Shown here: positions 37,014 to 46,741 of the stretch, in pieces
How positions within the stretch are numbered: the first letter of the stretch is position 1
Layout of the letters: every line of letters begins with the position of its first letter
Origin: a virus
Lineage: Duplodnaviria; Caudoviricetes
Length of the DNA: 64,000 nt
Virus record (IMG/VR): IMGVR_UViG_3300032007_000010
Reading direction: 5' to 3' (one strand)
Notes under the pieces: generated by a model
The model's database searches: none
What the model was told of the DNA's origin: nothing
Seen by the model: the letters and a program-made list of their open reading frames with translations, nothing else
Made by a program: the position numbers and the translations under genes

Positions 37014-38816
37014 ATGAGCGTCGATTATATAAAGATGCTGAAGCAGACGGACAAGCTCCAGATTCATGCAGATCTGGATACACTGGATCTGTACTGCGAA
37101 TATTTGCTCAACTATGAAAATCGCAACATCAATTTCTCCAATCTGTCGAACCTGAAGGAATACTTCAGTCGTGTGAGCGAGGATAGTTTCAAACAGAACG
37201 AGGCCAAAATGGCCCGTTATTTTTTCATCCATTATTATCTCGAGGGTAGGCTCGACAAGGGGATTGTCTCTCCGAAGATATGCATGCAATATGTGCTTGA
37301 TCATGTATCAAAGAAGTACGCGGCCATAATCAAGCGCGATGTGATGGAGGGGATCCAGCACAATCGCATGAGCAAGAAGGACATCGAGTTCATGAACGAC
37401 ATGATCTTCAGTCAGCTCAACACCTTCTTCCTCAACGATTATAAAGAACCCATCATGAAGATGTTGGCGGATCTCAACAACAATGAGCTTGGTCGAGATG
37501 CGGAGGACTGTGACAATGTGATCAGGCTATTCCAGTCCATGATGAACAAGCTCACGACGGCTCGGCGCAAATCACGCCAAGAGAATCGTTTTGATCTGGT
37601 GGATGAGGATCATTTCAACGCGGTGATGATGGAGGCGGCGGAACGCGCACTTTCGACGGCACACTATCTCATCACCGGTTGGCAGGGTCTGAACAAGATG
37701 CTCGGCGGTGGTTTCGAAGATGCTCGTGTCTACAACTTCATCGGTGCGACGGGTGGTTTCAAATCAGGTCTGCTGCTGAACATCATGAAGCAGATCAAGC
37801 TCTACAACAAGGGCAGAGCCCACAAGGATCCGACCAAGCGACCGACGATACTGTTTCTGTCCCAGGAAAACAACATCTGGGAAACCTTCCTGCGCATCTA
37901 TGGCATCTTCGGCGGAACCGACATCAAGGCTCACAGCGTCAAAGACATCCTCAAGATCATGCGTGATGGCGGATTCCGTGTGGTCCAGGATGAACTCGAT
38001 ATCAACATCGAGTTCAGATACTATGGCAACATGGACATCGGTGTTCCGGACATCAAGGGCATCGTCGAAGAGCTGGATAACTCCGGCAAGGAGGTTATCT
38101 GCATCATCCAGGACTACATCGAACGTCTTCGTCCTCCCTATTCTGGCGTGGAGAAACGCAATGCACTCGCCGACGTGTCGAACCAGATGCACGATCTGGC
38201 CATCGAGCTTGACATTCCGATCATCACCGCATCACAGTTCAACCGCGAGGGCGTTGCAACCGTGGAAGAAGCGCGAGAAAAGGGTCACGTGGACATCGGT
38301 AAGAAGGTGGGTACCGGGAACATCTCGGAATCCTTTGGCATGCTCAAGAACTTCGATGCCAACATTGCCATCGTGGTTGAATATGATTCGAGCGAGCAAC
38401 GGTACTATCTGTCCTTCAGACGCTTGAAGTTCCGCGGCGATACCACCGATGGCATGGATTACTTCCTGCAACCGTTCATGGGACAGAACACCATGATTCG
38501 ACTCATGGATGATATATCCACCGGACCTGTCTATCGTCTCAGTCTCCTCGACGAGCTTGCAGCGCAGATCCAGGAGGACCGCGATGCAATCATCGACATC
38601 ACTCGTCGAGAGGTAAGCTTCCTGGATCAGATCACCGACGATCCGCAGGATGTGGATGCCGCAGAGTTCATGAATCTGGTTCGCCAGGATGTGGAGCAAT
38701 CCGCGGTTCCGCAGGACGACATGCTTCGTGATGCGGACGGTTTCTGGATTCTCATTCCGCGGATGCAACAGCTGGATCTCAGCGGTCTCAACGTGGTTGG
38801 GGCCATGTCGCACTGA
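37014..38816 (+). CDS. Replicative DnaB-like helicase
   Basis: TGWQGLN..LGGGF, Walker A GATGGFKS, QDYI, IITASQFNR. Confidence 0.9.
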   Translation: MSVDYIKMLKQTDKLQIHADLDTLDLYCEYLLNYENRNINFSNLSNLKEYFSRVSEDSFKQNEAKMARYFFIHYYLEGRLDKGIVSPKICMQYVLDHVSKKYAAIIKRDVMEGIQHNRMSKKDIEFMNDMIFSQLNTFFLNDYKEPIMKMLADLNNNELGRDAEDCDNVIRLFQSMMNKLTTARRKSRQENRFDLVDEDHFNAVMMEAAERALSTAHYLITGWQGLNKMLGGGFEDARVYNFIGATGGFKSGLLLNIMKQIKLYNKGRAHKDPTKRPTILFLSQENNIWETFLRIYGIFGGTDIKAHSVKDILKIMRDGGFRVVQDELDINIEFRYYGNMDIGVPDIKGIVEELDNSGKEVICIIQDYIERLRPPYSGVEKRNALADVSNQMHDLAIELDIPIITASQFNREGVATVEEAREKGHVDIGKKVGTGNISESFGMLKNFDANIAIVVEYDSSEQRYYLSFRRLKFRGDTTDGMDYFLQPFMGQNTMIRLMDDISTGPVYRLSLLDELAAQIQEDRDAIIDITRREVSFLDQITDDPQDVDAAEFMNLVRQDVEQSAVPQDDMLRDADGFWILIPRMQQLDLSGLNVVGAMSH

Positions 38817-38830
38817 GAGGAGTATTTGGT

Positions 38831-39115
38831 ATGCCGTTGTTTAATAAGGTTATCAATGCCGATGGCACAATCTGCAACCCTCCAACCAACCCACTTATCA
38901 ACAAGTATCCACCAATACCAGATGGAACCACCGTTTGTGATGGCTACTCATGCATGTGGTGTGGTCGTTGCCCCATGGGTGAATATTGGAAGGTTCCGGA
39001 AGAAGATCGCGATACATATGAAGGATATGTCAAAGAACTTGATTCATACATTAGAGAACATAACGGTTCGGCAGGTATACTTGGCCTGACACTTGTTATC
39101 GGTCAGAATGAATGA
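38831..39115 (+). CDS. Small Cys-containing hypothetical protein
   Basis: GAGGAG RBS; C..C..C cluster. Confidence 0.5.
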   Translation: MPLFNKVINADGTICNPPTNPLINKYPPIPDGTTVCDGYSCMWCGRCPMGEYWKVPEEDRDTYEGYVKELDSYIREHNGSAGILGLTLVIGQNE

Positions 39116-39134
39116 AATGAATGGAGGGAATTGT

Positions 39135-39587
39135 ATGAGACAAAGATTAACCAAGAAGTTTGAGAACGCCGAGCATCGCGCCAACATCGCCAACATCAAC
39201 AAGAACATCGAGCGGATGAAGGAGCTTCATCCGCGCTATTCCGCGGGTGAGGTCAGCGACGGTTTTCATACCTTCAACGAGCTCTACGATCATCGAGCAC
39301 TGCTCTTCGCCGCGTTGGTCAACAGCACGCTCAACAGCGTCGCCTGGAAATCCAGGCAACATGCTGACCCTGCCTATCCCATGTACGAGGGCATGTTCAT
39401 CGTAGGTATCGACACTCCGATCGGGCAGGCCACCTATCACTACGATATCGACCCGTACTGGGACATGTTCCATTGCAAGGAACTCGAGCGTGCGCCAAAG
39501 TATGACGGTCACAGTCCCACCGATGCGGTCGAGCGCATTTTCCAGATGGCAAGCGGTGAACTTGGCCCGCAGGTGGATGCCCAATGA
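39135..39587 (+). CDS. WDGH-domain-like phage protein
   Basis: SDGFHTFNELYDHR, GQATYHY, APKYDGH. Confidence 0.7.
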   Translation: MRQRLTKKFENAEHRANIANINKNIERMKELHPRYSAGEVSDGFHTFNELYDHRALLFAALVNSTLNSVAWKSRQHADPAYPMYEGMFIVGIDTPIGQATYHYDIDPYWDMFHCKELERAPKYDGHSPTDAVERIFQMASGELGPQVDAQ

Positions 39588-40129
39588 ATGATCTCTTTCA
39601 AAAGTATGTGTTCTGGGATTTCGACGGTGTTCTGTGCACCTACCAGGCTCTGCCGGATCGGTGTCACATTATGACCGATGAATACCTCAAATCCTTCATA
39701 ACCAAACCAGACCAGCCATTTTCATGCAGTCGAGCGCCAAAGACGCTGGTAGAACTTCAGCAGAGTCTTGACGTGGACAGACAATACGTTCTCACCGAGG
39801 AAACCTCTTCGCTGGAACATGCCGCCAAACTTTCATTCCTCCGAAAGAACCACTATTGTTTTAACCCGGACAGAGTCATCGGTGTATCCTCAAAGGATCA
39901 GAAGGTTGTGGTCATGGAAGCGATCTATGAGCGTGAACTGGCGCACATGACGAAGTTCTGGAGCGATGAATTGCTCGGGGTCGATCCTTTCCTGTCCACG
40001 GAGATCATCAAGCAACGCACGGCTAAGCTTCGGAAAGATTTCGTGCTCATCGAAGATACCGTGAGTAACATCAACGCCGCCGAAGATGCTGGGTTTTCGG
40101 CGATCCACATCACATCACTCATGCCATAA
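39584..40129 (+). CDS. HAD-superfamily hydrolase
   Basis: FWDFDGVL motif I; LIED...N motif IV. Confidence 0.8.
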   Translation: MNDLFQKYVFWDFDGVLCTYQALPDRCHIMTDEYLKSFITKPDQPFSCSRAPKTLVELQQSLDVDRQYVLTEETSSLEHAAKLSFLRKNHYCFNPDRVIGVSSKDQKVVVMEAIYERELAHMTKFWSDELLGVDPFLSTEIIKQRTAKLRKDFVLIEDTVSNINAAEDAGFSAIHITSLMP

Positions 40130-40152
40130 TTTATCAACAGGAGGAAATAGTC

Positions 40153-40803
40153 ATGACAGATATCAACAAGCTCAATCTTCGCATCGACGAAAATGGTCTC
40201 CTCGCGGAGATCGAAGCCAACGACTACTACCAGGGAGGAGTCGACCCTGAGCGGGATGCGCACAACGAAGAGTTCATGGAGAAACAGGTCAAGGGTGAGA
40301 TCCTCAGACGCTTTGCTCCGTGCCCCTGCCAGATGGGCAAGATCCAGGAACGTCTGATCCGTCGTGCCCAGCTCCTCGGCATCGCTCCGGGACAGCCCAT
40401 CAGCATGGACATCGAGCAGGAGGATCTGGACAACTACAACTTCTCGGCCTGCGTTATCTCCAAGGATGGCCGCATGCAGCGCATGAGTTTCTACATGCGC
40501 GAGTGCAAAACGTGCCGTCGGGTCGAATACTTCGGCGACATCCATGCGCTCACGGATCTCTTCGCCGAAGCCATGGCCAAGCAGGTTACCGCCGAATTCA
40601 TGGCCGAACCGGTGCCCGAGAATCTCGAATCGAAGGACGATGTGGTCATCGATGAGACCAATGACAAGGTTCCCGAGAACTTCCAGTCCGCCGAGGACAT
40701 CCTTGGCCCTGGGATGTACATCGAGAATCTCGAAGGTGGATCCGCCGAGTCCAACGATTCTCCCATGGAACTCGTCACCGAGTCGGTATCCTCCGAAAAC
40801 TGA
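40153..40803 (+). CDS. Acidic hypothetical protein
   Basis: AGGAGG RBS; strong codon bias. Confidence 0.65.
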   Translation: MTDINKLNLRIDENGLLAEIEANDYYQGGVDPERDAHNEEFMEKQVKGEILRRFAPCPCQMGKIQERLIRRAQLLGIAPGQPISMDIEQEDLDNYNFSACVISKDGRMQRMSFYMRECKTCRRVEYFGDIHALTDLFAEAMAKQVTAEFMAEPVPENLESKDDVVIDETNDKVPENFQSAEDILGPGMYIENLEGGSAESNDSPMELVTESVSSEN

Positions 40804-40846
40804 GAAAACAGAAAAGAGGGAGGGCAACCATGCCCTCCCTCTTCGT

Positions 40847-41272
40847 TCACTGGTCAATCGCAGGAAGATATCTGTTCCAGTTTTCCTGCAGGCGCATGTT
40901 GCTCCGTGTCACGATCGTATCATACAGCTCCGCAAGCGAATCGGATGGTATGAGTTTTACCGTGGACTTCATGCGAAACTTGCTTGCGCATTCCTGATCA
41001 TTGATCATGAGTATGAGCCAGTCGAGATCGGGTGTCCCATACACATCGGCGCTCAGCAGCTTTGGTTTTGTTAGGTATCTGCGACGCTGTTCCTTGGTCA
41101 CCGAGTAGGTGCCAATGTAGGGGAGCATGTACCGTCTGTATATCTGGAATAGATCAGTATCTTTGATGAGCAGTGATTTGTCATCGGTGAGCGCATAGAA
41201 GGTGACATTGTTCATGTCATAGCGCGAATCCCTTGAATCGATGACATCCTGCAGAGTCACAAGCGTTGCCAT
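40847..41272 (-). CDS. Baseplate wedge protein, T4 gp53/LysM-like
   Basis: KPKLLSADVYGTPDLDWLIL..N motif. Confidence 0.75.
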   Translation of the reverse strand: MATLVTLQDVIDSRDSRYDMNNVTFYALTDDKSLLIKDTDLFQIYRRYMLPYIGTYSVTKEQRRRYLTKPKLLSADVYGTPDLDWLILMINDQECASKFRMKSTVKLIPSDSLAELYDTIVTRSNMRLQENWNRYLPAIDQ

Positions 41273-41284
41273 GCGTGCACCTCC

Positions 41285-41638
41285 TTAGATGTAGAGTAGA
41301 TAACCCTCCTCGATCTTCGCGGTGGGTGTGAAAAGTAGAAACGCGGTCCCCTTGTCCATGTAGATTGGACATGTTGTCCCGCGCAACAACGGAAGCTTCA
41401 TGGAGTGAGAAAGCGTGGCTACTCTGGTGGTGATTGGAAAGTTGCTGTTGGCAAAATAGTTTGGTGCCATGGAAACGGTCTCTTTCTTATCATCCTTTGG
41501 GACGGTTGGTACATATTCCGGCGCATTGATCTCGACCTCATTGCTAAGGCGAGGATTCTTTTCGGTGTAGGCTCTGGCGGTGTAGACCTTCATCACCTGC
41601 TTGCTCTGTGCATTCAGGGCAGTGTTGGTATTGGCCAC
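41285..41638 (-). CDS. Putative baseplate hub/spike-associated protein
   Basis: Late motif upstream; adjacent to gp53-like gene; GTG start after GGGGTG. Confidence 0.45.
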   Translation of the reverse strand: MANTNTALNAQSKQVMKVYTARAYTEKNPRLSNEVEINAPEYVPTVPKDDKKETVSMAPNYFANSNFPITTRVATLSHSMKLPLLRGTTCPIYMDKGTAFLLFTPTAKIEEGYLLYI

Positions 41639-41670
41639 GAAAATCACCCCTGTCAATGATAAATCTTTGT

Positions 41671-41682
41671 TATAAGGATGTT
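41671..41682 (-). promoter_or_regulatory. Late-type promoter AACA-TCCTTA-TA
   Basis: Identical to the motif at 1420. Confidence 0.6.
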
Positions 41683-41688
41683 TTCCCA

Positions 41689-43053
41689 ATGAGTAAGAAC
41701 ATGACAATCAAAGCCCCGAAGAAACGTGAGAAGAAAAAGAGACCAGGAGACCTTCTCATCAAGATTCGGGATAAGATAGAATACGACGATCTCACCGCTC
41801 AGCAGAAAGAAGCGTGGAAACTTTTTTGTGATTGGTACTATTCTGAGAAGCATGCCGATTCTCAGATTCTTCGCATCGGTGGCCTGAGCGGCGTTGGGAA
41901 GTCGTTCTTGCTCAGATTTATCATCGAACAGATGGACTTTGACGAGGAGGAGTGCGCGGTGGTCGCATACACCGGTCAGGCGGTGAACGTGCTTCGCCAG
42001 GATGGGATTCTCGCGAAGACCATACACTCCACGTTCATGCACACCACCGACGAGATCATTCTCAACGAAGATGGTCGTCCTATCACACGATCTGGCATAC
42101 CCCTCACGAAGCTCAATTTCACACCGGTGAGAAGTCTTCCGGATCGCATCAAGTTGATCATCTGCGATGAGGCTTCATTTCTTCCCGAGAGTCTCCAGGA
42201 ACTCATGACCAAATACAACACTCCCATTCTGGAGACCGGAGATCCGCTCCAGCTCCCGCCCGTCACCGGAAAACAATGTTTCACGATGGACAATCTGGAC
42301 TATTTCATCACCCAGATCATGCGTCAGAACCTTGATTCGGAGATCATCAAGCTGGCCACCGCTATTCGTAACTATGAACCGGTGAACCTCGCCGACTATG
42401 GCCGCGAGGTGACCTTCCTCTGGGCACAGAACGACAATCTCGAGACCTTCATGAGGTTCATGCCGTTCTTTCGCGGCGTCGATCTCATCGTATCCAGCAC
42501 AAACAAACAGCGTCGCGAACTCACGGACTACTATCGGAAATACATCATCAGAACAAACTCACCCTATCCCCAGCGTGGTGAAAGGCTCATATGTCGACGC
42601 AATGACTGGAACATGAAGCTCAACCAGTTCCCACTCACAAACGGCACCATTGGCCGAGCACTGTACACAGTCTCCGGTGCGGATGTGAACACGAGCGCCG
42701 ACACATTTATAATGGACTTTCAGCCCGAGTTCATAAAGAATGATTACTATGACGGTCTTCTCTGCGACGCAAAGTTCCTCCGTGCTCCATTCGGAGACAA
42801 GGATATGACGTACTATGAGAATATGAATCCGGGTAAGAAGTTTGAGTATGCACACGTGATCACCACACAACTCTGTCAGGGCGCCAGCGCCAACTCGGTT
42901 CTGTTCATGGATAACTTCGCACACGATGAAGAGTATCACATGCGCCTGCGATACACCGCGGTGACGCGTGCGCGCCAGAGACTCTACTACATGCTCCCGA
43001 AGTCGCGCTACGGTAAATACACAGATCTCACATCTGGAGGCAGATCCCAATGA
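41689..43053 (+). CDS. RecD/Dda-like SF1B helicase
   Basis: GLSGVGKS, AYTG.A, TIHS, DEAS, GD..QLPP, QG, YTAVTRAR. Confidence 0.9.
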   Translation: MSKNMTIKAPKKREKKKRPGDLLIKIRDKIEYDDLTAQQKEAWKLFCDWYYSEKHADSQILRIGGLSGVGKSFLLRFIIEQMDFDEEECAVVAYTGQAVNVLRQDGILAKTIHSTFMHTTDEIILNEDGRPITRSGIPLTKLNFTPVRSLPDRIKLIICDEASFLPESLQELMTKYNTPILETGDPLQLPPVTGKQCFTMDNLDYFITQIMRQNLDSEIIKLATAIRNYEPVNLADYGREVTFLWAQNDNLETFMRFMPFFRGVDLIVSSTNKQRRELTDYYRKYIIRTNSPYPQRGERLICRRNDWNMKLNQFPLTNGTIGRALYTVSGADVNTSADTFIMDFQPEFIKNDYYDGLLCDAKFLRAPFGDKDMTYYENMNPGKKFEYAHVITTQLCQGASANSVLFMDNFAHDEEYHMRLRYTAVTRARQRLYYMLPKSRYGKYTDLTSGGRSQ

Positions 43054-43235
43054 AGTTCATACGCCTGGATACGGCCACGCTGATCACCGCTGGTCTGCTT
43101 GCGATCATGCTTCTCACGATAAACATCAGAGTTCGAAGAGGTAGACGTGTCGGCAGAATGTTCCTCGGACTCACGGTCTTTATCTGGGCATCAACGATTG
43201 TCCAGTGCATATTATTCTTTATCAGAGGAGGATAG
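43050..43235 (+). CDS. Small two-TM membrane protein
   Basis: Two hydrophobic helices; GGAGG RBS. Confidence 0.55.
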   Translation: MKFIRLDTATLITAGLLAIMLLTINIRVRRGRRVGRMFLGLTVFIWASTIVQCILFFIRGG

Positions 43236-43243
43236 AAACCAGT

Positions 43244-43795
43244 ATGACTCATGATATGGTGCAACATGCGGCGGCCGACACTCGGCGAGAATTTTCATAT
43301 CTCGCCATGGCCAAGGCCGTCTCGCGCAATTCTAATTGCCTGCGCAAACGCTTTGGCGCCGTGATCGTTCGCGATGACCAGGTCGTATCCATCGGTGCCA
43401 ACACCACCCCCAAGAACTGCCAGACCTGTGCCGAGCGTGGCGGATGTCATCGCATCATCCACAATATTCCGCGTGGCACCGACTACACCACGGCGTGCCG
43501 TTCGGTTCATGCGGAGATGAACGCGCTCATCAATGCTGATCCGGAAAAGCTCCGCGATTCCATCCTATATCTATATGGCTGGGACTGTGAAAGCAATGAT
43601 CTGGTGCAGCACATGGACTGCTGCGCACTCTGCAAGCGCATGATCATCAACGGAGGCATATCCCGTGTTGTGTTTGCGGACAACGATCGGGGTGTTCCGG
43701 ACCCGGATGGTGAAGCATCCTATCGGGCAGAGCATGCGCGCGTCGACGATTGGTCCGGAGAAAACTGCGATCAATATATCATGGGTGCCTACTGA
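43244..43795 (+). CDS. dCMP deaminase
   Basis: S.C....GAVIV, HAEMNA, C..CKR.IIN.GI. Confidence 0.88.
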   Translation: MTHDMVQHAAADTRREFSYLAMAKAVSRNSNCLRKRFGAVIVRDDQVVSIGANTTPKNCQTCAERGGCHRIIHNIPRGTDYTTACRSVHAEMNALINADPEKLRDSILYLYGWDCESNDLVQHMDCCALCKRMIINGGISRVVFADNDRGVPDPDGEASYRAEHARVDDWSGENCDQYIMGAY

Positions 43796-43802
43796 ACCTC
43801 GA

Positions 43803-43814
43803 AACAATACTATA
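43803..43814 (+). promoter_or_regulatory. Late-type promoter AACA-ATACTA-TA
   Basis: Motif match. Confidence 0.5.
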
Positions 43815-43877
43815 ATGAAATTGTTATGATCGGCCACTTCCAGGCCGAATCACTGAGCTAAGGAGGAATTTCAACCC

Positions 43878-44618
43878 ATGGCCGATAATAAGGTTTATTC
43901 TCTCTGGAGAGATATCTTTTCCAAGACCAACTGGCTTGGCTTCAATAATCTTCTCTTTGATTGCAACTACCTCATGAATGTCCAGAATTCTCGCGGATAC
44001 ATTGCGCATTCGCCCAGCCGCGAATGCTTCTTCATGATCAACCCCATCGATTCCGCCGACAGCGAGATCATCGAGGAAAAGTTTGCCTACATGGACTCCA
44101 AGTTCATCGGACCCAATACGGCGATCACCGTCGTGGACGCAAACCTGCTCTTCCACTTCGACATAGCCCAGTACGCAAACCTCAACTGGTACAAACCCGA
44201 TGTGCAAACCAAGGTTCCATATCCGCGCATCCCGAGCCGAGAAACCATCGAAGGTCTGGAGAAGGACGAGACAACCGGTCTCTATCCCGGCACCGACGAG
44301 GCCATGCTCCTGCGCGGCAATCTTGTCACGGATGCCGGCGTCGAGATCAACAAGCTCGGTTTCGACAAGGTAAAGGATGGGGATGTTGGCATGATCAGCA
44401 TGGAACTCCGTAAGAATCACGTCGAGCACAAGTTTGTTTCTGCCATCGGTATGTTCCCGCGCGAGGATGGGGAAGCACAGGTCGTCGATGCGAATACCGG
44501 CGCGAAGGTCTGGAGATACTCCGGCGTAAATGTGGATGGTTGGAAGAAATTCTACAAAATCCAGAAACGTTTCTGCGTCATGCTCGGCGAAGCATATGGC
44601 GTTGATGACGCCGAGTAA
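43878..44618 (+). CDS. Hypothetical protein
   Basis: AAGGAGG RBS. Confidence 0.65.
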   Translation: MADNKVYSLWRDIFSKTNWLGFNNLLFDCNYLMNVQNSRGYIAHSPSRECFFMINPIDSADSEIIEEKFAYMDSKFIGPNTAITVVDANLLFHFDIAQYANLNWYKPDVQTKVPYPRIPSRETIEGLEKDETTGLYPGTDEAMLLRGNLVTDAGVEINKLGFDKVKDGDVGMISMELRKNHVEHKFVSAIGMFPREDGEAQVVDANTGAKVWRYSGVNVDGWKKFYKIQKRFCVMLGEAYGVDDAE

Positions 44619-44639
44619 TTCATGCGACCGAAAACGACG

Positions 44640-44650
44640 TATATACTATA
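44640..44650 (+). promoter_or_regulatory. Early-type promoter motif TATATACTATA
   Basis: Exact motif; 12-bp hairpin downstream. Confidence 0.6.
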
Positions 44651-44732
44651 AGATCGAACACAGGGGACCGAATGTGCAAATGCATTCGGTCCCCAATAAC
44701 TATTTCCAGACATGAAAGGGGTTATTGTAACC

Positions 44733-45155
44733 ATGAGAGATTTGTTTAAGCTTCCGGAGAAGGTCGATATATATGCCGAATTCGAAGCGAACGTTAAGAA
44801 GGCAGCCATGGCACTCTACGGGCTCACGCTCGGGACGATTGCGACCGAGACAAACCTTGTCAAGGTGGATCCGGGCGAGGAGCTCGAAGATCTTGCGATG
44901 TCCATCGGCTGCGCAAAACTCGCACAGATCGTCGCCGCCGGCGATGCGAGCGAACTGCATTTCGGTTCCGTGAAGATCGACACGAATCTGGCGGTGCTCA
45001 TCATGTGCTGCTATCGCAGGCTTGTGACGGACGATGACTTCAACGGATTTCACATCCCCGACAATCATGTGCCCGAGGGATTCCGCGAAGGATTACCGCA
45101 GCAAGTAGAAAATGAAGCGTACAACATACCATTAAATGCCGCAGCATCCGTATAG
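44733..45155 (+). CDS. Hypothetical protein
   Basis: AAAGGGG RBS. Confidence 0.6.
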   Translation: MRDLFKLPEKVDIYAEFEANVKKAAMALYGLTLGTIATETNLVKVDPGEELEDLAMSIGCAKLAQIVAAGDASELHFGSVKIDTNLAVLIMCCYRRLVTDDDFNGFHIPDNHVPEGFREGLPQQVENEAYNIPLNAAASV

Positions 45156-45181
45156 TCGATGGCGCACGAATCTTCGTGGGC

Positions 45182-45192
45182 TATATACTATA
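45182..45192 (+). promoter_or_regulatory. Early-type promoter motif TATATACTATA
   Basis: Exact motif; structured leader downstream. Confidence 0.6.
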
Positions 45193-45310
45193 ACGATGAT
45201 TTCGAGGTGTGGTTGGACAGCTCATCCGCCACACCTCCCAATCTATTCGAACTCTGGCGCCAAGGTTCGAAGATCATATCTTCAATACATCACAAGGAGG
45301 ATTACCAGAC

Positions 45311-45961
45311 ATGAGCAAGAAAAAGAACAAGAAGATCAAGAGCTACTACGACTACCAGTTTGGCAAGAAGGAGAAGAAGGCCAAGAAGGAGCGCAAGTCC
45401 GCCTATGACGAGCCGACCATGAAGACGGTCAAGCCGTCGATCAAAAAGAAGGACGCGAAGGCTCAGCTGAAGGACCTGCAGAAGCCCATCAAGGTCTCCA
45501 AGGCCTTCAAGGAGCGCCGCAACACGTGCAACCATGCCGGCAAGCTCATCAGCGTTCAGGACTTCAAGAATCTCACGCCGACCTGGGCGGCCTACACCCC
45601 GATGCTTGATCAGATGGTCGAGACATTCGGCGAGGAGAACGTCATGGTCTGCAGCTACTGCTTCGATGTGGTCGTCCGTCCGTCCTGCACCACCTTTGCG
45701 GAGGTCAAGAAGGCCATCGCGGTCCTCTATGCGGCATCGAACACCGCCGTCTCCAGCAAGCGTCTCAAGGACAAGGAGATCGAACGCTTCAACAAGATCA
45801 AGGACAACCTCGGCGACTGGAACTTCGTCGTCGACGCCATCGGCAAGCTCGAGAAGAAAGGCGCCATCTCCGAGTCCACCGATGCCGACGAGGTTTCCTC
45901 CATGACCGAGGAGCAGCTCGCGAATCTCAGCAAGGGTGTCAACATGGGCACCACCTACTGA
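45311..45961 (+). CDS. Lys-rich hypothetical protein with C.H/C..C motif
   Basis: AAGGAGG RBS; strong codon bias. Confidence 0.65.
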   Translation: MSKKKNKKIKSYYDYQFGKKEKKAKKERKSAYDEPTMKTVKPSIKKKDAKAQLKDLQKPIKVSKAFKERRNTCNHAGKLISVQDFKNLTPTWAAYTPMLDQMVETFGEENVMVCSYCFDVVVRPSCTTFAEVKKAIAVLYAASNTAVSSKRLKDKEIERFNKIKDNLGDWNFVVDAIGKLEKKGAISESTDADEVSSMTEEQLANLSKGVNMGTTY

Positions 45962-46049
45962 GTCGGCGAAACGAACATACTGTTTACGGGGGCGTGGGTC
46001 TATATGATCCACGCCCCATATTTCTTTTTCCGAATGGAGGTGACCCAGC

Positions 46050-46583
46050 GTGAGCCGTTGGATCGATCGTGCCCTTCAAATATGTCGCACAAACTATCGT
46101 GTTCCGACCGGGTACCACGGTCGGATCAATTTTCTATACATCGGAATGATGATCACCAACACCGAACAGATTCTGAGTCTGATGAAGTATCTCGCAACCT
46201 ATGCGGATGCCTTCGTGCCTCGGTTCATATATAGATACAGACAAAATGATAGGTATTATGTCCAAACACAAATGCCGACCAAGCTCCTCACCGAATGTTT
46301 TCCGGATGAATTTGCGCTGGATGGTATGGTGATGATAGACGCGGTTGACTACCCAATTCTCTGCGAGCATGAGATTCCCGTCCATGCTCTGCTGGAACTC
46401 GATTCGAAGACCGTTGTGAAGGGCATGCGGCTGGTGCCACTGACGAAGCCCCCATTTCGATCTCAGTTCATGTCATACTCATCGGCACCGACCGAGCTGC
46501 GCGGGCAGTTTCGCCTCGCCTACGATGAGGCGAGGGCCGCGCTGTTTGTGCGCATGGCCAATTCCGGAGGCATATCCGGGTAG
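46050..46583 (+). CDS. Hypothetical protein
   Basis: GGAGGTG RBS. Confidence 0.6.
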   Translation: MSRWIDRALQICRTNYRVPTGYHGRINFLYIGMMITNTEQILSLMKYLATYADAFVPRFIYRYRQNDRYYVQTQMPTKLLTECFPDEFALDGMVMIDAVDYPILCEHEIPVHALLELDSKTVVKGMRLVPLTKPPFRSQFMSYSSAPTELRGQFRLAYDEARAALFVRMANSGGISG

Positions 46584-46670
46584 ATGCCTTTAGACAGTAA
46601 AAATAACACGTACATGAATATAGAGTAGTCGTGGAGGCCCAAATAGAGCCCCGTGAAATGATGTTTGGGG

Positions 46671-46681
46671 TATATACTATA
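46671..46681 (+). promoter_or_regulatory. Early-type promoter motif TATATACTATA
   Basis: Exact motif upstream of topoisomerase operon. Confidence 0.6.
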
Positions 46682-46741
46682 CTCCTGAAGAACACAACAA
46701 CCACGACTAGACAATACTAAGATAAAAAGTAGGAGGAAACA

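Noticed and set aside
391-40842. CCCCTCCC...GGGAGGGG hairpins (391, 8709, 9708, 20052, 40815) as a mobile repeat family
   Set aside because: All lie just after stop codons or between convergent genes, so they are best explained as terminators
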